Source of the DNA: Sedimentisphaerales bacterium
GTDB taxonomy: Bacteria > Planctomycetota > Phycisphaerae > Sedimentisphaerales > SM23-30
Length of the DNA: 64,000 bases
Reading direction: 5' to 3'
Assembly: GCA_963663965.2 (NCBI GenBank)
Contig: CAXXFK010000038.1
Coordinates: 32,001-96,000, forward strand
This document shows, piece by piece, positions 52,031 to 61,777 of the stretch (position 1 is its first letter; each line of letters begins with the position of its first letter). The translations under genes were made by a program, and so were the position numbers. The notes under the pieces are model-generated. The model was not told the DNA's origin and searched no databases. It was given only the letters and a program-made list of their open reading frames with translations.

Positions 52031-53959
52031 TTGCCCGATACACAAACCACTCAGAAAATTTCTGAAATATTGAATCGAATCGCTCAATTGCCAGGAATGC
52101 AGCTGGAACCGCAACAGTTTTTTGCCGAGTTTCTGCAATTATCGATTGTAGTTACCGGCAGTCAGGGCGGAGCGATCTGGGTTTTGCAACCGCAACAAAC
52201 GCCTCAATGTTACTGTCATTTGAAGCTGGAATTATGCGGGATACAACAACCGGAACAACAAAAGATCGTTGTCGAAGCGATTGACAGTGCTGTCAAAGAA
52301 GAGAAGCTCGTTATCCTGCCGGCGAATACGGGCAATCCGGAGGAATCGGGGGGGAATCTGGCGAACTGTCCGTTGTTCTTGAAGCCGTTGAAAGCGGCCG
52401 GGAAAGTGGCGATGGTCTTGCAGATTATTGGTACGCCCCAGATGAGGACAGAGGAGTTCCGGATGATGGCCGGATTGCTGGAGCGTTCGGGTGAGGCGGC
52501 GGAAACCTATCTGGCACATCGGCGGGCCGTGGTATTGGAAGATGATCGCAAGGCGCTGACGCGATTGCTGCAATTCAGTGAGACGGTTCACACCTCGATG
52601 GACCCGGAAAAGGTGATTTATCAGATTGCCAATGGAGGGCGTGATACGATTGGCTGCAGCCGGGTTGTGGTGTGGGTGGATCCGAAGGTTAAGCGTGGAT
52701 TGCGGGCGGTGAGCGGTGTGGATAAAGCCGACCGGCGTGCGGTTCTGATGCAGGCGATCGAGAAATTGAGCAAGCATTGTCTGTTTATTAAAAAGCCGAT
52801 TATTTCAACGCGTCAGCAACTGGTGGAGATGCTGGAGGATGATGAATTAAAAGAGTTGCTGATGGAATATTATAACGTCAGTCAACTGGATCAGATATTT
52901 GTGCAGCCGATCAAGGTGGAACAGCGCTACCTGGGCACGCTGGTGGCGGAGGGGTTTGAAGATGTGGGGACGGCCAGCCTGGCGGGCTTGATCTCGAATG
53001 TGGCGAACCACAGCGGGATCGCACTGGATAACGCGCTGCAACTGGCCTCGTCGCCGATGTTCAAGCCGCTGGCGAAAATGAAATCCATTCGAACGGAACC
53101 GAAACGGAAGCGTAAATGGCTATTCGCTGCGATCATTGTGATTGCGGCCCTGACGGCGGCCTGTTATGTGCCCTGGCCGGTAACGATTAAAGTCGCGTGT
53201 GAATTGTCGCCTTCGACCTTGCGGACGGTCCAATGCGAGCTGGACCAGGTGAAGGTAAGCCAGATTGTGACTGATTCGGGGAATGTGACTCAAGGACAGT
53301 TGATCGCTCAATTGGATGATCTGGATTTTGTGGCGGAGAAAAAGGCTCTGGAGCTGGCCCTGGACCAGGAACGGTTGAAACGGGACCAGTCGATTCCAGG
53401 CAGCAGCGAACAGAAGACCAGCGAGCTGCAAATCAAACGGCTGGAAAACAGCCTGGATCTGGTGAGTTCTCAGATCGAGCGGTGCCAGGTGCGTTCGCCA
53501 ATTGAGGGAGTGATCCTGACCGCCGACCTGGAGCGGCTGGAGGGCCAGGTGATTGGCAAAGGCGAGACCATCTGTGAGGTGGCGAGCTTCGATCAGTGGC
53601 AATTGCGGCTGGATGTGCCGCAGGAAGAAGTGGACTGGCTGCGCAAACGTCTGGCGGGTGGGGGCGATGGAACAACGGGGGAAGAAGCGCCGGTTTATTA
53701 TTTTCTGGAGGCGTTTCCGCAGTTCAAGCTGCAAGCCAGTATTAATAATGTCGATCAGATTGGCCAGATGCCCAAATTGAAACAGGATGGCAATGTGTAT
53801 GAGGTGAGAATCGGCATTCCCGCAGAGCGTCTGGTTGAAATTCGAGAGGGTTTACGAAATGGCATGGTGGGGCGCTCGAAAATTGAAACGGTGGAAAAGC
53901 CCTTTGGATTTGTTCTGCTCCGCAAGGTGATCCGGTTCTTCCGGGTGACTTTTTTCTAG
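52031..53959 (+). CDS. GAF-like domains + HlyD-type membrane-fusion protein (second copy)
   Basis: GAF-like N-terminus (IANGGRDTIGCSRV, AVSGVD), TM segment, coiled coil, VRSPIEGVIL, LRNGMVGRSKI. GGAG lies 6 nt before the TTG. Confidence 0.85.
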   Translation: MPDTQTTQKISEILNRIAQLPGMQLEPQQFFAEFLQLSIVVTGSQGGAIWVLQPQQTPQCYCHLKLELCGIQQPEQQKIVVEAIDSAVKEEKLVILPANTGNPEESGGNLANCPLFLKPLKAAGKVAMVLQIIGTPQMRTEEFRMMAGLLERSGEAAETYLAHRRAVVLEDDRKALTRLLQFSETVHTSMDPEKVIYQIANGGRDTIGCSRVVVWVDPKVKRGLRAVSGVDKADRRAVLMQAIEKLSKHCLFIKKPIISTRQQLVEMLEDDELKELLMEYYNVSQLDQIFVQPIKVEQRYLGTLVAEGFEDVGTASLAGLISNVANHSGIALDNALQLASSPMFKPLAKMKSIRTEPKRKRKWLFAAIIVIAALTAACYVPWPVTIKVACELSPSTLRTVQCELDQVKVSQIVTDSGNVTQGQLIAQLDDLDFVAEKKALELALDQERLKRDQSIPGSSEQKTSELQIKRLENSLDLVSSQIERCQVRSPIEGVILTADLERLEGQVIGKGETICEVASFDQWQLRLDVPQEEVDWLRKRLAGGGDGTTGEEAPVYYFLEAFPQFKLQASINNVDQIGQMPKLKQDGNVYEVRIGIPAERLVEIREGLRNGMVGRSKIETVEKPFGFVLLRKVIRFFRVTFF

Positions 53960-54038
53960 GGCCGCACTATAATTCAATAAATGAATCAAATCGGGGAAGC
54001 GCAAGCTTCCTGAAAATATAAGCGAACAACTGGATATT

Positions 54039-56252
54039 ATGACAGACGAGATACAAAAACAGCCCCAAGATTTGGAATTGAATGTCGATTGGCAGGAGGA
54101 TACCTCGCGGATCCTGCCAAAGAGCCGCAAAGATGTGGAGATTACCGAGCAGGTTTTTTACGGCAAGCCCTGTTTTGTGCTGAAGGATCCGACGACCCTG
54201 AAGTATTTTCGGTTGCGTCCCCCGGAATATCTGATCTATCAGTTGCTCGACGGGGAAAATACCCTGGATGACATTCTGAGAGCGCTGGCAGAGCGGTTTC
54301 CGGCGGACCAGTTTGAGCCGCAGACGGTAATGAATTTTCTGGTGATGCTGCGCGGGGCCAACCTGCTGATTGTGCCGGGTAAGCAAAACACCGAATATCT
54401 GCTGAAGCGTAAGAAAGTGACGACACGGGGATTCTGGACGAAACTGCGTACGGAGTTTCTGTTTTACAAGATTCCGTTATTGGATCCGGACAAGTTGCTG
54501 ATCAGGCTGGATAAGACGATCGGCCGGTTTCTTTTCACGCGTGGGATGGCGATCCTGGTGTTTATACTGCTAGTGGGTGCTATTTATCTGTTTATTGGCA
54601 ATATAGACAACCTGTCCCGCCGCATGCCGTTGCTCAGCTGGATTAATTTGATGTACCTGGTGCCGAGTTTTCTGATCGTCAAGTTGATCCATGAATTCGG
54701 GCATGGCCTGACGGCGCGTCATTTTGGCACGGAAGTGCATGAGATGGGCATCTTGTTTCTGGTATTCACGCCCTGTCCCTATTGCGATGTATCGGACTGC
54801 TGGATGTTATCGGATAAAGGCAAGCGGATGTGGATTACGGCGGCGGGGATCGCGGTGGAAATTGTGCTGGCGGCGATGGCGTGTTATATCTGGTCGCTGA
54901 CCAAGCCGGGCACGGTGATCAATCAATTTGCCCTGAATGTCATGTTGATGGCCAGTATTAATACCTTGTTGTTCAATGGGAACCCGCTGTTGCGCTACGA
55001 TGGGTATTATTTCATGATGGACATGATCGAGATCCCCAATCTTAAGCAGAAGAGCAGCAGCTATTTATGGTATCTGTTTCAACGGTATGTCCTGGGAGAA
55101 GACAACGCGTCAGAGCCGATGGACGCTCACGGCCGCGAAAACGGATTGGTTTTTTACGCGATTTGCAGCACAGTTTATCGCTGGTTTATCATGGTGGCGA
55201 TCATTACCATGATCTGGAAGTTCCTGGATCCTTATGGACTGGGCGCTCTGGCGGCAGTTATGGCGTTGGCGAGCATTTATTCGGCTTTGATTCAGCCGGT
55301 ATTCAGATTTTTCAAATATCTCTATACGCATCGACATGCCATCCACTTGCGGATTGCCAGCTTTTCGTTGCTGGTAGTCATAATCTTGGGTACCGTAGTC
55401 TGGATCATGATGATCAAAGTGGAGCAATCCGTCGACGTGCAATGCGTATTGCGACCGACTGACATGCAGGTGTTGTATGTCACCCAGCCGGGATTGATCG
55501 ATTTGTCTGGAGGTGAACTGGTACGGGATGGTCAGGAGGTAACCGAAGGGCAGGTGTTACTCACCTTGCGCGATCCCGAACTGGAAAGTCAGTATAATGA
55601 TATTAACTATGAGATTGAACAGTTGAAGGCGGAACGTGAACAGGCCCGGTCCAATATGAATCAGGAGGTGGAAGCCGTCGCGTTATCCAGCAAGATCGAA
55701 TCATTAGAAACGAAGAAAGAACGAATTGCCGAATCGCTGGAGCGGTTGAAGATTATCGCCAATGCCAATGGGCGATTACAATTGCGGCTGCCACAACCAC
55801 TGGAGCAGATGGATGGCATGTACCTGGCCTTGCAGCGGGAAGTGATGGCGATTTATCAATACGGTGACTACGAAGCCATCGCGGCAGTCAATCATAGAGA
55901 CATTGAACGGATTCAACCGGAGCAGAAAGTACGGATCAAATTATGGGCGATGGATGATGAAGAATTGGAAACACAGGTGAAAATCAAACCGCCTACTCAT
56001 GTGTTACGGCTGTCAAGTCCGGCGTTATCCACTGCATTTCATGGGGAAACACCAACCTTGCCTTCCAGCGATCCCAAAGATGCTTTGGAACCGGCAGAGA
56101 ACACCTATGAATTGATATTCCCGCTGCAACAGGATGCCCGATTACGTGATGGTCTGGGTGGTCGCGCCAAGATCTTGTTTGATGATAAAACCCTGTTTCA
56201 GACTTTCTACTGGTGGCTTATTCAGACATTACGTCAGGATATCCGGTTATAA
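54039..56252 (+). CDS. PqqD/RRE-like + M50 metalloprotease + HlyD-type domain protein (second copy)
   Basis: FVLKDPTTLKYFRL...EYLIYQLLDGENTLDDI; HEFGH; NGNPLLRYDGYY; VRDGQEVTEGQVLLTL. Confidence 0.88.
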   Translation: MTDEIQKQPQDLELNVDWQEDTSRILPKSRKDVEITEQVFYGKPCFVLKDPTTLKYFRLRPPEYLIYQLLDGENTLDDILRALAERFPADQFEPQTVMNFLVMLRGANLLIVPGKQNTEYLLKRKKVTTRGFWTKLRTEFLFYKIPLLDPDKLLIRLDKTIGRFLFTRGMAILVFILLVGAIYLFIGNIDNLSRRMPLLSWINLMYLVPSFLIVKLIHEFGHGLTARHFGTEVHEMGILFLVFTPCPYCDVSDCWMLSDKGKRMWITAAGIAVEIVLAAMACYIWSLTKPGTVINQFALNVMLMASINTLLFNGNPLLRYDGYYFMMDMIEIPNLKQKSSSYLWYLFQRYVLGEDNASEPMDAHGRENGLVFYAICSTVYRWFIMVAIITMIWKFLDPYGLGALAAVMALASIYSALIQPVFRFFKYLYTHRHAIHLRIASFSLLVVIILGTVVWIMMIKVEQSVDVQCVLRPTDMQVLYVTQPGLIDLSGGELVRDGQEVTEGQVLLTLRDPELESQYNDINYEIEQLKAEREQARSNMNQEVEAVALSSKIESLETKKERIAESLERLKIIANANGRLQLRLPQPLEQMDGMYLALQREVMAIYQYGDYEAIAAVNHRDIERIQPEQKVRIKLWAMDDEELETQVKIKPPTHVLRLSSPALSTAFHGETPTLPSSDPKDALEPAENTYELIFPLQQDARLRDGLGGRAKILFDDKTLFQTFYWWLIQTLRQDIRL

Positions 56253-56506
56253 GAAGGTATAATTGTAAAAGTTTGACAAAAACAATATGGGCAGCCCATT
56301 AATTTCCTTGCCCCGATCTGAACATATTTGTCATAATACCGTATAAAATATTAATAATCTGTTTCAATCCATTATCGCTTCCTGTAATCAGGAAAATTCC
56401 GCGATGAATGTGGATCATCTCAGCGCGGGTGAAGGGGTGAGTTCGTGGATTGATAATGTTAATACCGTTGAATTTTACAAAAAATGATTTTTGAGGAACA
56501 TGCCGG

Positions 56507-58750
56507 ATGAAATCAATTCGATATTATGCGACCATTTTACCGGTTTTATTGATTGTTGTTTTGGGTATGAATGTCTCCCTGTGTGCCGGGCAGGATACTC
56601 TTCAGATTGAAACCCGCGTTCAGCGACACAGTCAGATCGTATCGGCCATCGACGCCATGGCGCGGGGAGATTTTGAGGTTGCCCGTTCGGTGATATCGCA
56701 TACCGAAAGCGATACCAGCTCGACTATTTTAAAACCATTCACCGAACTGCTGACTCAGTATGACAGTCTGGTAAACAAATTGAACCAGGCGCGTAATGAC
56801 GCCTATAAGAAATATATCAACGATTTCAAGCGGGAATTGGAAGAAGCGCACTGGCGCAAGGCGGTATTGGAAACCAGTCAACGCATTGAGCTGAAGAGCG
56901 AGAAAAAAAGAACCCTGGAAAAGGAATTCGCCGAAGAACGCGAGAAGAATCTGTTCACGGCGCTAACCAACCTGGTGAACGCCTGGACGCTGGCAGACAA
57001 AATGGACCTGCAGTACGATATCGATCCGAAACTGCAGAAGACGGTCGTTGATGAATGTCTACAAATAGCGACAGAACTGGAACAGCATGACAAGGGTCTG
57101 GATGCGTATACCAAGGTTTACGGTTTGCTGGAAATCCTGGACAAAGATCATTACGAGTATAAAGACCTGCATGACCGGCTGCAACGGGAGGTGACGCTGG
57201 AAGCGACGTATATCCCGGATCCTAATACCGAAGGGGTTGCCTGGGAAGATCGCCGCAAGAATGTCAATCTGGAAATGGTGTACCGGTCACTGGCGATTCT
57301 GGAATATGGTTTCGTGGAAAAGCCAGATTTTCGGGCTATGTGTTTGAAGGGGCTGGATTATTGCCGGATTCTGGCGGAAACCGGGAAGATGAAAGAGGCA
57401 TTTGAACAATTGGAAGATGAGGAAAAGGTTGACAGTTTCGTGGATACCCTGGAGCGACTGGGTGAGAATGTTCTGGAAATCGAGCCGGAAAAATTTGATT
57501 CGAGGCAGGTGCTGGCGGTCATTGAACGGCTGTTACTGATCAATAATTTAACGATCGCGCTGCCTTCGGAAGTGTTGCTGGCAGAGTTCAGCGAAGGGGC
57601 GTATAGCAAAACGGATTCCTATACCTATGTGATCTGGCCCTACGATGTGGAAGAGTTCCGCAAGAGTATGACCAATGAATTTTCGGGTGTGGGCGTGGTG
57701 ATCATGAAAGACGATGACGGCGTTTTGATGGCCGATTCGCTGGTGAGTTATGATACGCCGGCTTACCGGGCGGGGATCGACGCGGGCGATCGTATCTTGA
57801 AAGTGGATGGCAAAGATACGCGCGATATCACTACCGAAAAGGCGGTTAAACTGATCACCGGGCCCGATGGCACGGATGTGGTTTTGACGATACAGCGTGA
57901 GGGGTGGGATGAACCGCGCGATCTGATTGTGCGACGCAAGCAGGTGGCGGTTCCGACGGTTCGCGGTTTACAGCGAACTATCGACGGCAAATGGAATTAT
58001 TTTCTCGATCCAGAAAAGAATATCGGGTATGTCCAATTAACCCATTTTTCGGGGGATACGGCCGCCAGTTTACGTACGGTGGTCAAGCAATTGAAGAGTC
58101 AGGGCATGCGCGGACTGGTACTGGATTTACGAAACAATACCGGAGGGTATTTGAGCGGAGCAATCGATGTCGTGGATACCTTTATATCGAAAGGCCGCAT
58201 CGTAAGTTCACGCGGCCGTGACGACCAGGATGAAGAGGTGAAATTTGCCTCGGCCGAGCAGACGGTTGATGAAGAATCCCCCATGGTGGTGCTGGTCAAT
58301 TCCATCTCCGCGAGCGCCTCGGAAATTGTATCGGGCGCTTTGAAAGATAACGGGCGGGCCATATTGATTGGTACGCGAACATTCGGCAAAGGGAGCGTGC
58401 AGACAATCCAACCATTGGGGATGACCAATGCCCAGATGAAGATGACCATTGCCAAGTATTATTTACCCAGCGGCCGGTGTGTCCATCGCGACCCGGATGA
58501 TGACGATAATGACGATTACGGGGTAGAACCGAATATTACCATGGAACTGACCGGTGATCAGTTTACAACTTACACAAAAACACAGCGTGAAGCCGGAACC
58601 CTGCATCGGGATGATTTGCCGATGGACATGCGGTCCTGGAAGACCTATTCTCCCCAGGAACTGCTGGACATTGATCCGCAGTTGGAGATGTCTTTGCTTG
58701 TTTTAAAAGCGCGTTTACTGCGTGACGATCCGGTCGTTGTGGCCAATTAA
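56507..58750 (+). CDS. S41 C-terminal processing protease with PDZ domain
   Basis: FSGVGV, PAYRAGIDAGDRILKVDG, LDLRNNTGG, SASASEIVSGAL, TFGKGSVQ; signal peptide. Confidence 0.93.
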   Translation: MKSIRYYATILPVLLIVVLGMNVSLCAGQDTLQIETRVQRHSQIVSAIDAMARGDFEVARSVISHTESDTSSTILKPFTELLTQYDSLVNKLNQARNDAYKKYINDFKRELEEAHWRKAVLETSQRIELKSEKKRTLEKEFAEEREKNLFTALTNLVNAWTLADKMDLQYDIDPKLQKTVVDECLQIATELEQHDKGLDAYTKVYGLLEILDKDHYEYKDLHDRLQREVTLEATYIPDPNTEGVAWEDRRKNVNLEMVYRSLAILEYGFVEKPDFRAMCLKGLDYCRILAETGKMKEAFEQLEDEEKVDSFVDTLERLGENVLEIEPEKFDSRQVLAVIERLLLINNLTIALPSEVLLAEFSEGAYSKTDSYTYVIWPYDVEEFRKSMTNEFSGVGVVIMKDDDGVLMADSLVSYDTPAYRAGIDAGDRILKVDGKDTRDITTEKAVKLITGPDGTDVVLTIQREGWDEPRDLIVRRKQVAVPTVRGLQRTIDGKWNYFLDPEKNIGYVQLTHFSGDTAASLRTVVKQLKSQGMRGLVLDLRNNTGGYLSGAIDVVDTFISKGRIVSSRGRDDQDEEVKFASAEQTVDEESPMVVLVNSISASASEIVSGALKDNGRAILIGTRTFGKGSVQTIQPLGMTNAQMKMTIAKYYLPSGRCVHRDPDDDDNDDYGVEPNITMELTGDQFTTYTKTQREAGTLHRDDLPMDMRSWKTYSPQELLDIDPQLEMSLLVLKARLLRDDPVVVAN

Positions 58751-58778
58751 TGAAAGTCTGTTAATGAGATAGTTGTTC

Positions 58779-58811
58779 AGCCATAACAGTGGGAGCTGTT
58801 ATGGCTTTTTT
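58779..58811 (+). terminator. Rho-independent terminator
   Basis: Perfect 11-bp stem AGCCATAACAG/CTGTTATGGCT followed by a T run. Confidence 0.85.
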
Positions 58812-58842
58812 ATTGTCAAAATATTTTCGAAAGGGGTAGATT

Positions 58843-61692
58843 ATGCCGGTAGTTATCAGGTTATGTGAAATGCGATACTGGTTGGGAATGGTTATGGTTG
58901 TGATGAGTTATCTGGGTGGGCAACTGGCTGGCCAGTCAGAATTTCAGGTTGGTGATTTGCGGTGCGAGTATCTGGTTGAGCCAATATGCCTTGATATTGA
59001 GGCTCCGCGTTTAAGCTGGAAATTGGTCGCGCCTGATGGCCGGTCATACGGATTACGGCAAACGGCTTATCGGGTCTGTGTGGCATCAAGTCAGGATAAG
59101 CTGGTCGCTGATGAACTCGATATCTGGGATAGCGGCATGGTCGCAAGCGAACAGAGTGTTCATGTTCGATATCAGGGCACTCCATTGATCAGCGGGAAAA
59201 AGTATTGGTGGCGGGTAGCGGTTCGCGATCATCTGGGACAAGAAGTCTGGTCCGGCCCATCGCATTGGCGTATGGGTTTGATGCATGGTGAAGATTGGAT
59301 AGGAGCAAAATGGTTGACACTGGGAGATATGGAACAACCATCACCCGATGCGGAACGGAAATTCCAGAGAAAAGACATGGAAAAACCTGTCCTGAAGCGA
59401 TCATATACTTCGGGATTGTTCCGGCGGGAATTCGAGATCGACCGGCCGATCAGGACCGCGATGGCATGGATCTGCGGGTTGGGGTATTATGAGCTTTCTA
59501 TCAATGGCCATAAGGTTAGTGACCATGTTTTGGATCCAGGTCAGACCAGTTATGATCGCCGGGCATTCTATGTGGGGTATGATGTCACTTCACTGTTGAA
59601 AAAGGGGTGGAACGCCATTGGCGCGTTAACCGGGAATGGATTTTATGGTCAGACTATCGGCTTTACGCCCGCACTAGGGTATAATAAGCCGTGCCTGATA
59701 CTGCGGCTTCAAATCGAATACGAGGATGATTCTACGCAAACGATCGTTACCGATGAACAGTGGCGGGCTACGACCAGCCCGATAGTATATGACAACGTTT
59801 ACGCGGGAGAGACCTGGGACGCTCGTTTGGAGCAGCCGGGTTGGAATCGAAACGGCTTTGACGCCCAAGGGTGGCAAATTCCAAGGATGATTACCCGTCC
59901 AACGCAAAAACTGGAAGCTCAGAAGATTGAACCATGCCGAATGGTGAAAACCATTGCACCGGTTGACATTCGGGCGGTCAAGGAGGGATGGATTATCGAT
60001 CTGGGCCAGAATATCGCCGGCTGGATGGCGATCCGAGTGCAGGAAAAGGCGGGCACGCATATCATTTGTGAGCTGGCGGAGCATTTGGCGCCAGATGGCC
60101 AGTTGCTCGATCACGCATCGACAGGAGTCTTTGCCACGGGCGTCATTCAACAGGATATTTATGTCTGTAAAGGGGAGGGCATTGAGTGCTGGCAGCCGAG
60201 ATTTACCTATCATGGTTTCCGATACGCTTTGGTGAAAGGTTTGAGCCGGAAACCGCAACCGGGCGATTTTAACGGGGTATTGGTACATACCGATCTGGAA
60301 CGAGTTGGACAGTTTCAATGCAATCATGCCTTACTCAATCAGGAATATGATGTGTCACTGTGGACGATCGTCGACAATCTGCACAGTATTCCGGAAGACT
60401 GCCCCCATCGGGAGAAGTGCGGCTGGCTGGGCGATGCCCATTGTACAGCGGTTGCAGACATCTATAATTTTGATATGGCCCGTTTCTTCAACAAATATAT
60501 GTTGGATATCGAAACGGTGCTGGGGCGTGGGGGGGAGACCTATCTGCACGAGAAAGCAACCCCGGGTATTCCATGTAATATTGCGCCAGGTAAACGGCTT
60601 TGTCAGGAAGCCCGGGTGGACTGGGGCGCGGCCATCGTTCTGATTCCGTGGTATCTGCAGCTTTATTATGGCGATGATGAAGTCTGGCAATATCATTATC
60701 CCCATATGAAACGATGGATCGAATATGTACAGCGTTATAAAAAGGATGGGATTATTGAAAATGGCTATGGCGACTGGTGTCCACCGGGTACGAATAGCCA
60801 GATGGAGTGTCCGCCCTATCTGACCTCGACCGTGATTTATGCCCGGGCGGTACAGATCGCCGGAGACTTTGCCAGGAGACGGGGTGAGAATGATTTTTCC
60901 CAGTGGTGTATCAAGGAATATGATGAACTGGTAAGCGCTTTTTATCGAGAGTATATCAAGCCAATTGACGGACAGGATGCGCTGACCTGCGGATCTCAGA
61001 CCGGCAATGCCATCGCTTTGGCGCTGGGCGTAATTAAACCGGAAGATCGCGATAAAGTCGGTCGCGGTCTGGTGTACGATATTGAGGTAAGGCATCAAGG
61101 CCATATCTCAACCGGGATCCACGGCAGCCGATATTTGTATTCCGTGTTATGTGACCTGGGTTATGATGAACTGGCGTGGAAATTGTTGACCCGTAAGGAT
61201 TATCCCAGTCTGGGATATGTTTTGGCGCGGGGCCTGACAACGTGGCCGGAGGTAATGATCGACTGGCCCGAAGGGCAATCCTGGAGCCCCAATTCCTATA
61301 ATCATCCTATGCAAAGCGGTTTTGCGGCGTTTTTCCATGAGAGAGTCGGCGGCATAGTGCCGGATGAAGCTCATTGTGGATTCAAGCAATTCAGTTTGAA
61401 ACCGTGTTTGTATCAACAACTTGAACAGGCGGATGTGTCATTTGAAAGCATTTACGGCACGATCTCCAGTCGATGGACCAGCAAAGCCGGCCGGTTTAAC
61501 TGGCAGATTACCGTTCCTGCGAATACCCGTTCGATGGTTTATATACCTGCTATTGACAGTGCATCAGTTCAGATCAACGATAAACTATTGCTCGATACCG
61601 AAAAGAAAGAATTTGTTCGGGTGGGAGATTATGTCAGATTGACTTTGCCTGCAGGATGCTATCGGATAAACAGTATTATCGAGAAGCAATAA
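58843..61692 (+). CDS. Alpha-L-rhamnosidase (GH78)
   Basis: LRCEYLVEP, WDSG, GLGYYELSING, DLGQNIAG, FTYHGFRY, PEDCPHREKCGWLGD, YGDWCPP, SYNHPM. Confidence 0.92.
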   Translation: MPVVIRLCEMRYWLGMVMVVMSYLGGQLAGQSEFQVGDLRCEYLVEPICLDIEAPRLSWKLVAPDGRSYGLRQTAYRVCVASSQDKLVADELDIWDSGMVASEQSVHVRYQGTPLISGKKYWWRVAVRDHLGQEVWSGPSHWRMGLMHGEDWIGAKWLTLGDMEQPSPDAERKFQRKDMEKPVLKRSYTSGLFRREFEIDRPIRTAMAWICGLGYYELSINGHKVSDHVLDPGQTSYDRRAFYVGYDVTSLLKKGWNAIGALTGNGFYGQTIGFTPALGYNKPCLILRLQIEYEDDSTQTIVTDEQWRATTSPIVYDNVYAGETWDARLEQPGWNRNGFDAQGWQIPRMITRPTQKLEAQKIEPCRMVKTIAPVDIRAVKEGWIIDLGQNIAGWMAIRVQEKAGTHIICELAEHLAPDGQLLDHASTGVFATGVIQQDIYVCKGEGIECWQPRFTYHGFRYALVKGLSRKPQPGDFNGVLVHTDLERVGQFQCNHALLNQEYDVSLWTIVDNLHSIPEDCPHREKCGWLGDAHCTAVADIYNFDMARFFNKYMLDIETVLGRGGETYLHEKATPGIPCNIAPGKRLCQEARVDWGAAIVLIPWYLQLYYGDDEVWQYHYPHMKRWIEYVQRYKKDGIIENGYGDWCPPGTNSQMECPPYLTSTVIYARAVQIAGDFARRRGENDFSQWCIKEYDELVSAFYREYIKPIDGQDALTCGSQTGNAIALALGVIKPEDRDKVGRGLVYDIEVRHQGHISTGIHGSRYLYSVLCDLGYDELAWKLLTRKDYPSLGYVLARGLTTWPEVMIDWPEGQSWSPNSYNHPMQSGFAAFFHERVGGIVPDEAHCGFKQFSLKPCLYQQLEQADVSFESIYGTISSRWTSKAGRFNWQITVPANTRSMVYIPAIDSASVQINDKLLLDTEKKEFVRVGDYVRLTLPAGCYRINSIIEKQ

Positions 61693-61719
61693 AAATCAAC
61701 ATTACCGACGCATTGAAAT

Positions 61720-61758
61720 AAAAAAATGAGGGCCGACGATCGACGCCGGCCTTCATTT
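61720..61758. terminator. Probable bidirectional terminator between convergent genes
   Basis: Hairpin AAATGAGGGCCGACG/CGCCGGCCTTCATTT with an A7 run on the left. Confidence 0.65.
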
Positions 61759-61777
61759 ATCGAAAGGAAAATTCTAT

